NCBI GenBank assembly: GCA_046496385.1 | Contig: JAWOHA010000089.1 | Span: 1 to 39,143, forward strand | Source: Cryobacterium sp. | Lineage (GTDB): Bacteria > Actinomycetota > Actinomycetes > Actinomycetales > Microbacteriaceae | Length of the DNA: 39,143 nt | Direction: 5' to 3' | In this document: positions 18,469-28,661 of the stretch, piece by piece | Layout: every line of letters starts with the position of its first letter | Position numbering within the stretch: position 1 is the stretch's first letter | Position numbers and translations under genes: made by a program | Notes under the pieces: generated by a model | Seen by the model: only the letters and a program-made list of their open reading frames with translations | What the model was told of the DNA's origin: nothing | Database searches by the model: none

Positions 18469-18529
18469 ATTCAGAAGCCGCCGCGCCTGTCAAGGCCCCG
18501 GTTCGATACAGTCAGATGATGAGATTCCC

Positions 18530-19552
18530 ATGGTGACCGTACCGGCCCGCCGCAAGCGCGCCACGATTCACGACGTGGCCGTGGAGGCCGGCGTCTCCCG
18601 CGGCACCGTGAGCCGTGTCATCAACGACGAACGCTACGTCTCGGCAGCGGCACGGGCCGCGATCGAGGCCGCGATCGAAAAGGTCGGCTATGTTCCCAAC
18701 AACGCCGCCCGCAGCCTGGTGATGCAGCGTTCCCAGGCCGTGGGATTCATCGTGCATGAGCCGCATTCCCTGTTCCTGGAAGATCCCAACATCGGCGAAA
18801 TCCTCCTCGGCGCCAACACCGCCCTCTCCCGCGCCGACTACCAGATGGTCTGCCTCATCATCGATTCCGACCGGGACACCGAACGCGTGGCCCGGTACCT
18901 CAGCGGCGGATTCGTCGACGGTGCCATCATCGTGTCGGCACGAGAGAACGACCCGATCACGCGCATCGTCGAGAAGCTGGGCCTGCCGACCGCCTTTGTG
19001 GGGCACCCCCCCGACCTGCACGATCTGCCGTTCGTGGGCATCGACAATCGCAGTTCGGCGCGCACGCTCACCGAACACCTCATCGCGACCGGTCGGCGGC
19101 GCATCGGCATGATCGCCGCCGCGCTGGATCGCGATTCCGGCGCCGACCGCCTCGCCGGCTTCACAGACGCCCTGGCTGATCGCTTCGACCCGACCCTGGT
19201 CGCCCAGGTGCCGCTCTACGCATATGCGGCCGGAGTGACCGGCATGCGGGAGCTACTGCAACGCGCCCCCGATATCGACGGCGTCTTCGCGGCCTCGGAC
19301 GCCGTCGCTGCCGGGGCGCTCGAGGTTCTGCGTGACGCGGGCCGCAACGTGCCCGGCGACGTGGGCGTCGTGGGTTTCGACGACAGCGCCTGGGCGCGAC
19401 GCACTCAACCCCCGTTGTCGACGGTGCGCCAGCCCGCTGCCGGGCTGGGCGCCGGGGCGGCCCAGCTCGTACTGCAACAATTGCGCGGTGAAGAGCCGCC
19501 CCTGGGCGGGCTGATTCTGGACACTCCGATCGTGTGGCGGGACTCGGCATGA
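18530..19552 (+). CDS. LacI family transcriptional regulator
   Basis: ATIHDVAVEAGVSRGTVSRVIN HTH, YVPNNAARSL, VVGFDD, PPLSTVRQP. Confidence 0.95.
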   Translation: MVTVPARRKRATIHDVAVEAGVSRGTVSRVINDERYVSAAARAAIEAAIEKVGYVPNNAARSLVMQRSQAVGFIVHEPHSLFLEDPNIGEILLGANTALSRADYQMVCLIIDSDRDTERVARYLSGGFVDGAIIVSARENDPITRIVEKLGLPTAFVGHPPDLHDLPFVGIDNRSSARTLTEHLIATGRRRIGMIAAALDRDSGADRLAGFTDALADRFDPTLVAQVPLYAYAAGVTGMRELLQRAPDIDGVFAASDAVAAGALEVLRDAGRNVPGDVGVVGFDDSAWARRTQPPLSTVRQPAAGLGAGAAQLVLQQLRGEEPPLGGLILDTPIVWRDSA

Positions 19553-19621
19553 CGCGGCGACACGCGGCACGGGCCGCGAGGCTGGCGTAGCGTAGCTCTG
19601 GTGTGGCTCGTGAACGGCGAG

Positions 19622-20389
19622 ATGAGAAGTGTGGGAGGCAGTGTGCGCAGAGCGTTCGGCACAGCCCGCCTGCTGCTCGCACTTCTCGGACTGGTCGCGT
19701 TGATCGGCTATTTCATTGTCATCCTCGGCGTCTCGGGGTTTGCGATCGGTTCCTACTTCAGCTATTTCACCGTGCAGAGCACCATGGCGGCGGTCTGCGT
19801 GTTTTTCGTCGCCGGGCTGATCGCCCTGAGAAGACCCACCGATCCGGCGTGGCTGGACACCCTGCGCGTCATGGCGACGACGTACATTCTGGTGTCGGGC
19901 GTGGTGTACGCCATCATCGTGTTGCAGGCCGCGAATGTGAACTATGACATCGAGGTGCCGTGGTCGAGCCAGGTGCTGCACTTCTGGATACCGGCGATGG
20001 CGCTCGTGGACTGGTTCGTCGACCCGAACAAGGCCCGGCTGCCGTGGCGTTACCTCGCCTGGGTGCTCGTCTTCCCATCGTTCTGGCTGGTCTTCACGCT
20101 GATTCGCGGCAACCTGGTCGGCTGGTACCCCTACTTCTTTCTGGACTCCCGCCAGGTGAACGGCCCGGGCGAGACCATGTTCTACTGCGCCATCGTGATG
20201 GTGATCATTCTGGGCATCGCTGCGCTGCTCACGAGTGCGACCCGGTTGCGTCGGCGCCCGTTCGACGACACCGGTCGGCGACCCTTTCAGCACCGGCTGC
20301 CGGTGGAACTCACCCGGCACGCTCCCGCCGCCCCGGAGCCGGAGCCGGTCGCGTCCGTTCTCACCGGCGCGGCGGCGCCGCCGGGGTGA
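19622..20389 (+). CDS. Pr6Pr family membrane protein
   Basis: YFSYFTVQS, LH...P...DW, RGNLVGWYPYFFLD; several TM helices. Confidence 0.8.
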   Translation: MRSVGGSVRRAFGTARLLLALLGLVALIGYFIVILGVSGFAIGSYFSYFTVQSTMAAVCVFFVAGLIALRRPTDPAWLDTLRVMATTYILVSGVVYAIIVLQAANVNYDIEVPWSSQVLHFWIPAMALVDWFVDPNKARLPWRYLAWVLVFPSFWLVFTLIRGNLVGWYPYFFLDSRQVNGPGETMFYCAIVMVIILGIAALLTSATRLRRRPFDDTGRRPFQHRLPVELTRHAPAAPEPEPVASVLTGAAAPPG

Positions 20390-20417
20390 CCGGGCGCGGT
20401 TTCTGAACTGCGCCCGG
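20390..20417. terminator. Hairpin between convergent Pr6Pr and amine oxidase genes
   Basis: CCGGGCGCGGTT-TCTG-AACTGCGCCCGG. Confidence 0.55.
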
Positions 20418-20457
20418 GCGCCCGGCCCGCGCCCACGAGGCCGGTCCGACCGCGACG

Positions 20458-21963
<1,506 letters not shown>

Positions 21964-22096
21964 GTGATCGCCCACTGACGCGGTGCCGCACTGAACCAGG
22001 CAGCGGGACCGGTTGATCCTCTGCCATCCATGAGTCCAAACTACCCCAGCAGCAGCATCTCGCACAGCGCCCCGGTTCGGGTGTAGCGCGGCGCGG

Positions 22097-23776
22097 CTAC
22101 GCCGGCGGCAGGAGAAACCCGTCGTCGAGCAGTGCGCGCACCTGCGGCAGCAGCTGGGTGGTGAGGGCCCGCTCGTCGGCATCGAGCAGTTGCGCGAGCG
22201 CCCCGACGATCGCCGCCACGCTGAGGTCGCCGTCACAGGCGCCGACCAGCGCGGCGAGCGCAGTGTCGAGAGAGACCTGACGGCCGAAGCCGCCGCCCTG
22301 GTGCAGGGTCATCAGCGCGGGGTCGTCCTGGCCGGGCCAGAAATGGCGCTCGTCGGTGACGTCGCTCGCCACGGTGAGGTGGGCGCGCAGCAACACGGAG
22401 TCCGGCGTTCCCGTCTGCCAGTCGTGGGCGGCCAGGCACGCCGCGAGGTGGCTTCCCAGCCCGGTGGGGTTGTGCCCCGGGGCGTCGGGCAACCGCTCCA
22501 GACGGCGCAGGTGCGGGCGGGGCAGGGCAGCGGCATCGGCATCGACATCCGCATCCGGATCGGCATCCGGATCGGCATCGGGAGCCGGAGCGGCGGGGCT
22601 GCGCAGCAGCAGGTAGCCGAAACCGACCCGGGTGACGCTGCGGGCACCGAAGTCGTCGAGCCAGGCGTCGTAGAGACGGTCGAAGTCGGCGCCGGGCCGG
22701 GTGCCGCCGTCGCGGATCCAGGTCTCGGCGTACTCGGCGGGCGACTGCACCTCACGTTCGATGATCCAGGCGTCGAGGCGGTCGGCAGGCTCTGCGGGCT
22801 CGAGCCAGCTCTCGAGGCGGGTGAAGGCATCGGTGCCGGCTGCTGCGGCCCCGGCCCCGGCGGCCGGCCCGCGGTACTCCCAGTTGCCGAGCAGCTGGGC
22901 GACACCGCCGGGGGTCAGGTGGGCGGCGGCGCCCCGCACGACGGCCTCGACGAGGGCGTCGCCGACCATACCGCCGTCGCGGTACTCGTAGCTCGGCACG
23001 CCCGGTGTGCGCGGGGTGATCACGAACGGCGGGTTGGAGATGATGTGGTCGAAGCGTTCCCCCGCCACGGGGTCGAAGAGGCTGCCGAGGCGAAACTCGA
23101 TCGTGTCGATGCCGTTCAGCGCCGCGTTGAGCGCGGCCAGCTGCAGGGCACGCTCGGAGATGTCGGTCGCCACGACGTGTTCGGCGTGCCGGGAGGCGTG
23201 CAGGGCCTGGATTCCACAGCCGGTGCCGAGGTCGAGCACCCGGCCGGCCGGGGTCGGCAGGATCAGGCCGCTCAGGGTGCGACTGGCGCCGCCGATGCCG
23301 AGCACATGGTCTTCACCGAGCGCGTGCCCGAGGGCGAGCTCTCCGAGGTCGCTGATGATCCACCAGCTGTCGGCCCCGAAGTCGTCGAGAAAGCTGTACG
23401 GGCGCAACTCCACGAGCGGGCGCAGGAGGGCCGCGGGGCCGGCGGACGCAGCGGAATCGGCGAAATCGGCGTCGGCGTCGGCGGCGGCGACGAGCCCGAG
23501 CTGTTCCGCTCCGGCCACGCCGAGGTCGGGCAGGGCGTCGCCCAGCTCGGCGTGTGACACGCTGCGGCCGAGCACGAACAGGGTCGCCAGGGTGGCGGTG
23601 GGTTCGGTGCGACGGCGCGTGCGGGCGAGCGTGGCGAGCGCCCGCTCGGCCGGAACCCGCTGATTGCGCGCCAGGGCGGCATCCGCCTCGACGCCCCAGA
23701 GGCCGGTGAGGGCGGTCACCGAGAAATTGGCGGCGGTCAGGTCGGCGCGAAGCCGGTCGATCAGTACAGAAGTCAT
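22097..23776 (-). CDS. Class I SAM methyltransferase (HemK/MTS-like, NPPF) with PqqD-like C-terminal domain
   Basis: VLDLGTGCGIQ, ATDIS, GSLFDPV, ISNPPFVI, YRDGG; tail VGACDGDLSVAAI...LLDDGFL. Confidence 0.85.
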   Translation of the reverse strand: MTSVLIDRLRADLTAANFSVTALTGLWGVEADAALARNQRVPAERALATLARTRRRTEPTATLATLFVLGRSVSHAELGDALPDLGVAGAEQLGLVAAADADADFADSAASAGPAALLRPLVELRPYSFLDDFGADSWWIISDLGELALGHALGEDHVLGIGGASRTLSGLILPTPAGRVLDLGTGCGIQALHASRHAEHVVATDISERALQLAALNAALNGIDTIEFRLGSLFDPVAGERFDHIISNPPFVITPRTPGVPSYEYRDGGMVGDALVEAVVRGAAAHLTPGGVAQLLGNWEYRGPAAGAGAAAAGTDAFTRLESWLEPAEPADRLDAWIIEREVQSPAEYAETWIRDGGTRPGADFDRLYDAWLDDFGARSVTRVGFGYLLLRSPAAPAPDADPDADPDADVDADAAALPRPHLRRLERLPDAPGHNPTGLGSHLAACLAAHDWQTGTPDSVLLRAHLTVASDVTDERHFWPGQDDPALMTLHQGGGFGRQVSLDTALAALVGACDGDLSVAAIVGALAQLLDADERALTTQLLPQVRALLDDGFLLPPA

Positions 23777-23959
23777 CGGTCTATTCAACTACGCCGACGC
23801 ACCGGCACCGGTGATCAGGCCAGTGTGGCCGGCGTGGCCGGTGTGGCCGGTAAGGTTCCACGGGACGGGCGAACGAACCAGCGGGCGAACGAACCAGAGA
23901 GGGCGGCAAGAACGGGGAGACCGGCAACCTCGGGGAGAGTCATAGCGGCGAGGAAGCGG

Positions 23960-25009
23960 CTAGGTCGTTACGTCCATCGGGATGGCGGCGAACTCGCGCA
24001 CGACCAGCCGGGGCGTGATCAACCGGTGCCGAGGTTCTGCCGACTGCGGGGCACCGTGCACCTTGCCGCCGAACTCGCCGGTCAGCAGCGCGAGCACTCC
24101 GGCGGCCACCTCGTCGACGGCCTGGTCGACGCTGGAGAGCCCGATCGCGGCGGCGACGGGTGTGTTGTCGTAGCCGGTGACCGGCACGCGCTCCGGGTTC
24201 GCGATCATCGCTCCGAGGGCCAGCGAGTCGCTCGCGCAGAGCACCGCGTCGACCTGGCCGACGTTCTTCCGCAGCTGCTGCATCGCCGCGGTTCCCTGGC
24301 TGACGCCGTCGATGGTGACGATCTCGAGCTCGGCTAACTCCTGCTCGGAAACGTCGCCGCGCAGGGTCATCGCCTCGTACCAGCCCCGTCGGCGCTCGTC
24401 TCCGGTGCCCGATGGGCTCGGCCAGCCGATGTAGGCGATGCGCCGGGCTCCGGCCTCCTGCTGCACCCGGGTAGCCTCGTGCAGGCCGGCCCAGCCGTCC
24501 ACATCCACCCACAGGTGCTGCGGGTCGTTCATGTCGTCGACTCCCCACGGCCGCCCGAAGGTGACGAAGGAGATGCCGTGGTCGATCAGCCATTGGGTGC
24601 GCGGGTCACCGGCGAACGTCGACGTGAGCACGAAGCCATCGACATCCGCGCCGTCATTCAGGCGCTGGAATTGGGTGATCTCGTCTTCGGGGCTCGTGGC
24701 CGTGAACAGCAGCACGCGCAGCCCCTGGGCGTCGGCCTGCTCCGTCAGGGCGTGCAAAAACCGGTCGAGCACCGAGCCGGAGATGCTGTCGATCACAGGG
24801 TCCAGACGGATACCGATGGTCGAGCTGCGCCGGGTGCGCAGCCGACGGGCGGAGGCGTGCGGTCGATACCCGAGCTCCTTAATGGCCGCCTCGACCCGCT
24901 GGCGGGTGTCGACACGCACGATGCCGGGCGAATTCATCACATTCGAGACCGTCTGGCGGGAGACGCCGGCCGCGAGCGCGACATCCGTCACCGTGGGGAA
25001 ACCACCCAT
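23960..25009 (-). CDS. LacI family transcriptional regulator
   Basis: PTVTDVALAAGVSRQTVSNVMN, YRPHASARRL, VTGYDN, LSSVDQ. AGGAG RBS. Confidence 0.95.
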   Translation of the reverse strand: MGGFPTVTDVALAAGVSRQTVSNVMNSPGIVRVDTRQRVEAAIKELGYRPHASARRLRTRRSSTIGIRLDPVIDSISGSVLDRFLHALTEQADAQGLRVLLFTATSPEDEITQFQRLNDGADVDGFVLTSTFAGDPRTQWLIDHGISFVTFGRPWGVDDMNDPQHLWVDVDGWAGLHEATRVQQEAGARRIAYIGWPSPSGTGDERRRGWYEAMTLRGDVSEQELAELEIVTIDGVSQGTAAMQQLRKNVGQVDAVLCASDSLALGAMIANPERVPVTGYDNTPVAAAIGLSSVDQAVDEVAAGVLALLTGEFGGKVHGAPQSAEPRHRLITPRLVVREFAAIPMDVTT

Positions 25010-25054
25010 ACCGCTCCTGCCCCAAGCCTCTGCCGGACGCGCCTGCCTCCGTGA

Positions 25055-25068
25055 ATTGAACGATCAAA
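25055..25068. promoter_or_regulatory. LacI-type operator near lacI start
   Basis: ATTGAACGATCAAA, the reverse complement of the motif at 25250 with one mismatch. Confidence 0.7.
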
Positions 25069-25229
25069 CACCGTTTTCATCAGAGTACCGCGCCGCGCCG
25101 GATCGGCTTGAACGCCGGGGCGCCGATATCGACCATCCGGCCCGGGCACCGACCGCTTCCGATCGGCGCCTGGACAGGGTATTTTCCGTTCCCCTCCCCC
25201 GTTCACCCCGATCCCCGGATAGACGTGGA

Positions 25230-25263
25230 TTGGATCGTTCCAAAAAAAGTTTGATCGTTCAAA
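25230..25263. promoter_or_regulatory. Tandem LacI-type operators upstream of the ABC operon
   Basis: TTGGATCGTTCCAA (25230) and TTTGATCGTTCAAA (25250), 20 bp apart. Confidence 0.8.
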
Positions 25264-25330
25264 TAGTTTCGACTATCGTGACATTTACACAAGCAACCGC
25301 GCATCGATGCGCGATACGAGGAGAAACCAA

Positions 25331-26581
25331 ATGCAACGACGCAACTCCCGCTGGTTGATCGGAACCGGGCTCGCCGTGGCCGGCACCCTCACCCTCAGCG
25401 CGTGCGGTTCCGGCTTCGGCGACGCCGCCGACGCGAGCGGAGACCTCACGAGCGATTCCTCCCAGGGGCTCACCGTTCTGATCGGTTCCAGCGGCGACGC
25501 CGAGACGGCATCCGTCAACGCCGCCGTGGCCGCCTGGTCCGAAACCTCCGGCACCGACGCGAAGGTGAGCGTCGCGAGCGACCTCAACCAGCAGCTCGCC
25601 CAGGGCTTCGCGGCCCAGAAACCGGCCGACGTCTTCTACCTCTCGACGGATGCCCTCGCCGGCTACGCGTCGAACGGCTCCTTGCTGGCCTACGGCGACG
25701 ACCTGGCCAACAAGGACGACTTCTACCCGAGCCTGATCAGTTCCTTCACCTACGAGGGCGAGTTCTACTGCGCGCCGAAGGACTTCTCGACCCTGGGGCT
25801 GGTCATCAACACCGACCTCTGGGCGCAGGCCGGGCTCACGGATGCCGACATCCCCACCACCTGGGATGAGCTCGCGGGCGTGAGCCGGACCCTCACCACC
25901 GACACCCAGGTCGGACTCGCCCTCGGCGGCGAGTACGCCCGACTGGGCGCGTTCATGGCCCAGGCCGGCGGCAGCCTGATGAATGAGGACAGCACCGAGG
26001 TCACCGCGAACAGCGCGGAGAACGTCGCGGGCCTCGAATACGCACAGACCCTCCTGAATGACGGCGTGATGAGTTACGCCAGCGAAATCGGCGCCGGCTG
26101 GGGTGGCGAGGCGTTCGGCAAGCAGCTCTCGGCGATGACCATCGAGGGCAACTGGATCACGGGTGCGATGAAGAGCGACTTCCCCGACGTGAATTACACG
26201 GTCGCCGAGCTGCCCGCAGGCCCGGAGGGCAAGGGCACTCTGCAGTTCACCAACTGCTGGGGCATCGCCACCGACAGCCCCAACCAGGTTGCCGCCCTCG
26301 ACCTGGTGGAACAGCTCACCAGCAAGGACGCCCAGCTCACCTTCTCCGAGGAATTCGGTCCGATGCCCTCGATCGCGTCGGCCGCCGACGAGTGGAAGAG
26401 CGCCAACCCCACCCTGGTGGCATTCCTCGACGGCGCTGACTACGCCACGGGCGTGCCCAACGTGCAGGGAGCCGCGGATGTCGTGAGTGACCTGAACGCG
26501 CAGCTCGAGTCGCTGAAAACCGGAGACGCGCAAGCGATCCTCGATTCCGTGCAGAAGAACCTCGAAGCACTGCTGAAGTAG
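25331..26581 (+). CDS. Sugar ABC transporter substrate-binding lipoprotein
   Basis: Lipobox LSAC, PADVFY, YCAPKDFSTLGL, PTTWDEL, MTIEGNW. GAGGAG RBS. Confidence 0.93.
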   Translation: MQRRNSRWLIGTGLAVAGTLTLSACGSGFGDAADASGDLTSDSSQGLTVLIGSSGDAETASVNAAVAAWSETSGTDAKVSVASDLNQQLAQGFAAQKPADVFYLSTDALAGYASNGSLLAYGDDLANKDDFYPSLISSFTYEGEFYCAPKDFSTLGLVINTDLWAQAGLTDADIPTTWDELAGVSRTLTTDTQVGLALGGEYARLGAFMAQAGGSLMNEDSTEVTANSAENVAGLEYAQTLLNDGVMSYASEIGAGWGGEAFGKQLSAMTIEGNWITGAMKSDFPDVNYTVAELPAGPEGKGTLQFTNCWGIATDSPNQVAALDLVEQLTSKDAQLTFSEEFGPMPSIASAADEWKSANPTLVAFLDGADYATGVPNVQGAADVVSDLNAQLESLKTGDAQAILDSVQKNLEALLK

Positions 26582-26587
26582 TCCTCC

Positions 26588-27682
26588 ATGTCGACGCCTG
26601 CACGCACGTCTCGCCGCTCCGGTATCCGGGGCGGCGAGACCGCCTCGGGGTGGCTCTTCACCGCTCCGATGATCCTCCTGCTCGGCCTGTTCCTGGTCAT
26701 CCCGGTGCTGATGGCCCTCTGGGTCAGCTTCTCCGACTGGAATGGCCGCGGCAGTCCCTTCAGCGGCGCCGTGTCGTTCGTGGGCATCGACAACTACTCC
26801 GCCCTGGTCGGCGGCGGCGGCCTGGCCGAACAGGACTTCGGCACGGCCCTGCGCAACAACGCCTGGTACGTCCTCCTGGTCGTGCCGACCCAGACCATGC
26901 TGTCGCTGCTGCTGGCCGTGCTGGTCAACCGGCAGATCCTACGCGGCCGTGGTTTCTTTCGCACCGCGTTCTATTTCCCGTCGGTGACCAGCTCGGTGGC
27001 CATCACGGTGCTCTGGCTGTTCCTGTTCAGTGCCAGCGGCGCCGTCAACAAGCTGCTGTCGTTCATCGGCGTCAACGGACCGAACTGGTTCAACGATCCC
27101 AGCGGCGTGTTGCACAACCTCCTCGGAGCGTTCGGTGTCAACACCGGCCCGGACGCCCTCACCGGCAACACGTTCCTCGGCATCTCCTTCTGGGAGTGGC
27201 TCGCCGGGCCGTCCGTGGCCATGAGCGCCTTCATCCTGATGGCGGTGTTCACCACGAGCGGCACGTTCATGCTGCTGTTCATCGCCGCGCTGCAGAACCT
27301 CAGCGGCGACGTTGTCGAGGCCGCCATGATGGACGGCGCCAACGGCTGGCAGCGGTTCTGGCGGGTCACCCTCCCCCAGTTGCGGCCCACCCTCTTCACC
27401 GTGCTCACCCTCGGCCTGATCGGTGCCTGGCAGGTCTTCGACCAGATCTACACCGGCACCCAGGGTGGGCCCGGAAAGACCACGCTCACCCCGGCCTATC
27501 TCTCCTATCAGGCCGCCTTCACCAACCAGGCCTGGGGACAGGGTGCCGCGATCGCGTTCATCCTGTTCGTGATCATCGTGTTCTTCACCCTGTTCCAGCG
27601 CTGGCTGCTGGCCGAACGCCAGGTCTCCGCCCGACGGATGCGTCCGTATCTGCCGCGCTCGACATTCGAAGGTTCGAAATGA
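26588..27682 (+). CDS. Carbohydrate ABC permease (MalF-like)
   Basis: FFRTAFYFPSV, EAAMMDGANGWQRFWRVTLP, QVFDQIY. Confidence 0.95.
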   Translation: MSTPARTSRRSGIRGGETASGWLFTAPMILLLGLFLVIPVLMALWVSFSDWNGRGSPFSGAVSFVGIDNYSALVGGGGLAEQDFGTALRNNAWYVLLVVPTQTMLSLLLAVLVNRQILRGRGFFRTAFYFPSVTSSVAITVLWLFLFSASGAVNKLLSFIGVNGPNWFNDPSGVLHNLLGAFGVNTGPDALTGNTFLGISFWEWLAGPSVAMSAFILMAVFTTSGTFMLLFIAALQNLSGDVVEAAMMDGANGWQRFWRVTLPQLRPTLFTVLTLGLIGAWQVFDQIYTGTQGGPGKTTLTPAYLSYQAAFTNQAWGQGAAIAFILFVIIVFFTLFQRWLLAERQVSARRMRPYLPRSTFEGSK

Positions 27683-28587
27683 GTACCAGGATGAGAGTCA
27701 GAGTGCGCACCGTCTCCCCCTCCCAGCGACTGCGCGCTCTGAGCCGGGAACAGCTGCCGACCAGCGCGGTCGCCGGCCGGTCGCTGCTCTACGCGACCCT
27801 GATCGTGCTCGCGATGATCTACATATCCCCGTTCCTGGTGCAGGTCGCCACCTCCTTCAAAACGGATGGCGATGCCGCCAGCAATCCCATGTCGCTGCTG
27901 CCGCAGACCTGGTCCACGGCCGCATACCAGAGACTATTCCTCAACTCGGACTTCCCGGTCTGGTTCCAGAACTCCGCCATCGTCACGGTCTTCGTCACCC
28001 TCGGCCGCGTCTTCTTCAACTCCCTGGCCGGATATGCCCTCGCCCGTTTGCACTTCCGGGGCCGCAACGTGATCTTCGCGCTGCTCATCGCCGTGATGAG
28101 CGTGCCCGGCGTGGTGCTGCTGATCCCGAAGTTCCTGGTGATCAACCAGCTCGGCATCTACGACACCTACGTGGCCATGATCGTGCCGCTGCTCACCGAT
28201 GCCGCCGGGGTGTTCATCATGAAGAACTTCTTCGAGTCGATCCCGGCCAGCGTGGAGGAGCAGGCCCGCATCGATGGTGCCGGCACCTTCCGGGTGTTCT
28301 GGTCGATCGTACTGCCGATGGCCCGGCCTGCCCTGGTGACCATCATCATTCTGTCGTTCCAAGGGTCCTGGAACGAGTTGTCGCACTTCATCGTGGCCAC
28401 CCAATCTCCCGAGCTGACCACGCTGACCAAGGGAGTCGCCTCGCTGGCGTCCGGGCAGCTCAGCCAGGGCACCCAGTACCCGCTCAAGCTGGCCGCGGCG
28501 GCGATCATGACCATCCCCGTCGCGGTGATGTTCTTCATCTTCCAGAAACGCATCATGAACACCACCGACGGGGCGGTGAAGGAGTAG
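27679..28587 (+). CDS. Carbohydrate ABC permease (MalG-like)
   Basis: GYALARLHFRGR, EEQARIDGAG, SWNE. ATGA overlap with the upstream permease. Confidence 0.93.
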   Translation: MSTRMRVRVRTVSPSQRLRALSREQLPTSAVAGRSLLYATLIVLAMIYISPFLVQVATSFKTDGDAASNPMSLLPQTWSTAAYQRLFLNSDFPVWFQNSAIVTVFVTLGRVFFNSLAGYALARLHFRGRNVIFALLIAVMSVPGVVLLIPKFLVINQLGIYDTYVAMIVPLLTDAAGVFIMKNFFESIPASVEEQARIDGAGTFRVFWSIVLPMARPALVTIIILSFQGSWNELSHFIVATQSPELTTLTKGVASLASGQLSQGTQYPLKLAAAAIMTIPVAVMFFIFQKRIMNTTDGAVKE

Positions 28588-28661
28588 CCCTCCTCCCCCT
28601 TCCCATCCCTCCCCTCCCATTTTTCCTCAGATCCTCACCACACCCCCCTGGAGTCGTACCT

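Noticed and set aside
21964-22236. 91-aa N-terminal extension of the amine oxidase in the ORF track
   Set aside because: It overlaps the methyltransferase gene, and the Tat signal places the start at 21963.
23777-23959. RiPP precursor peptide near the PqqD-like methyltransferase
   Set aside because: Only short 9- and 16-bp duplications are present; I saw no small ORF with a convincing RBS.
26650-28587. 645-aa ORF as a single protein
   Set aside because: The first 343 codons are an off-frame shadow of the upstream permease; the real gene starts at ATG 27679.
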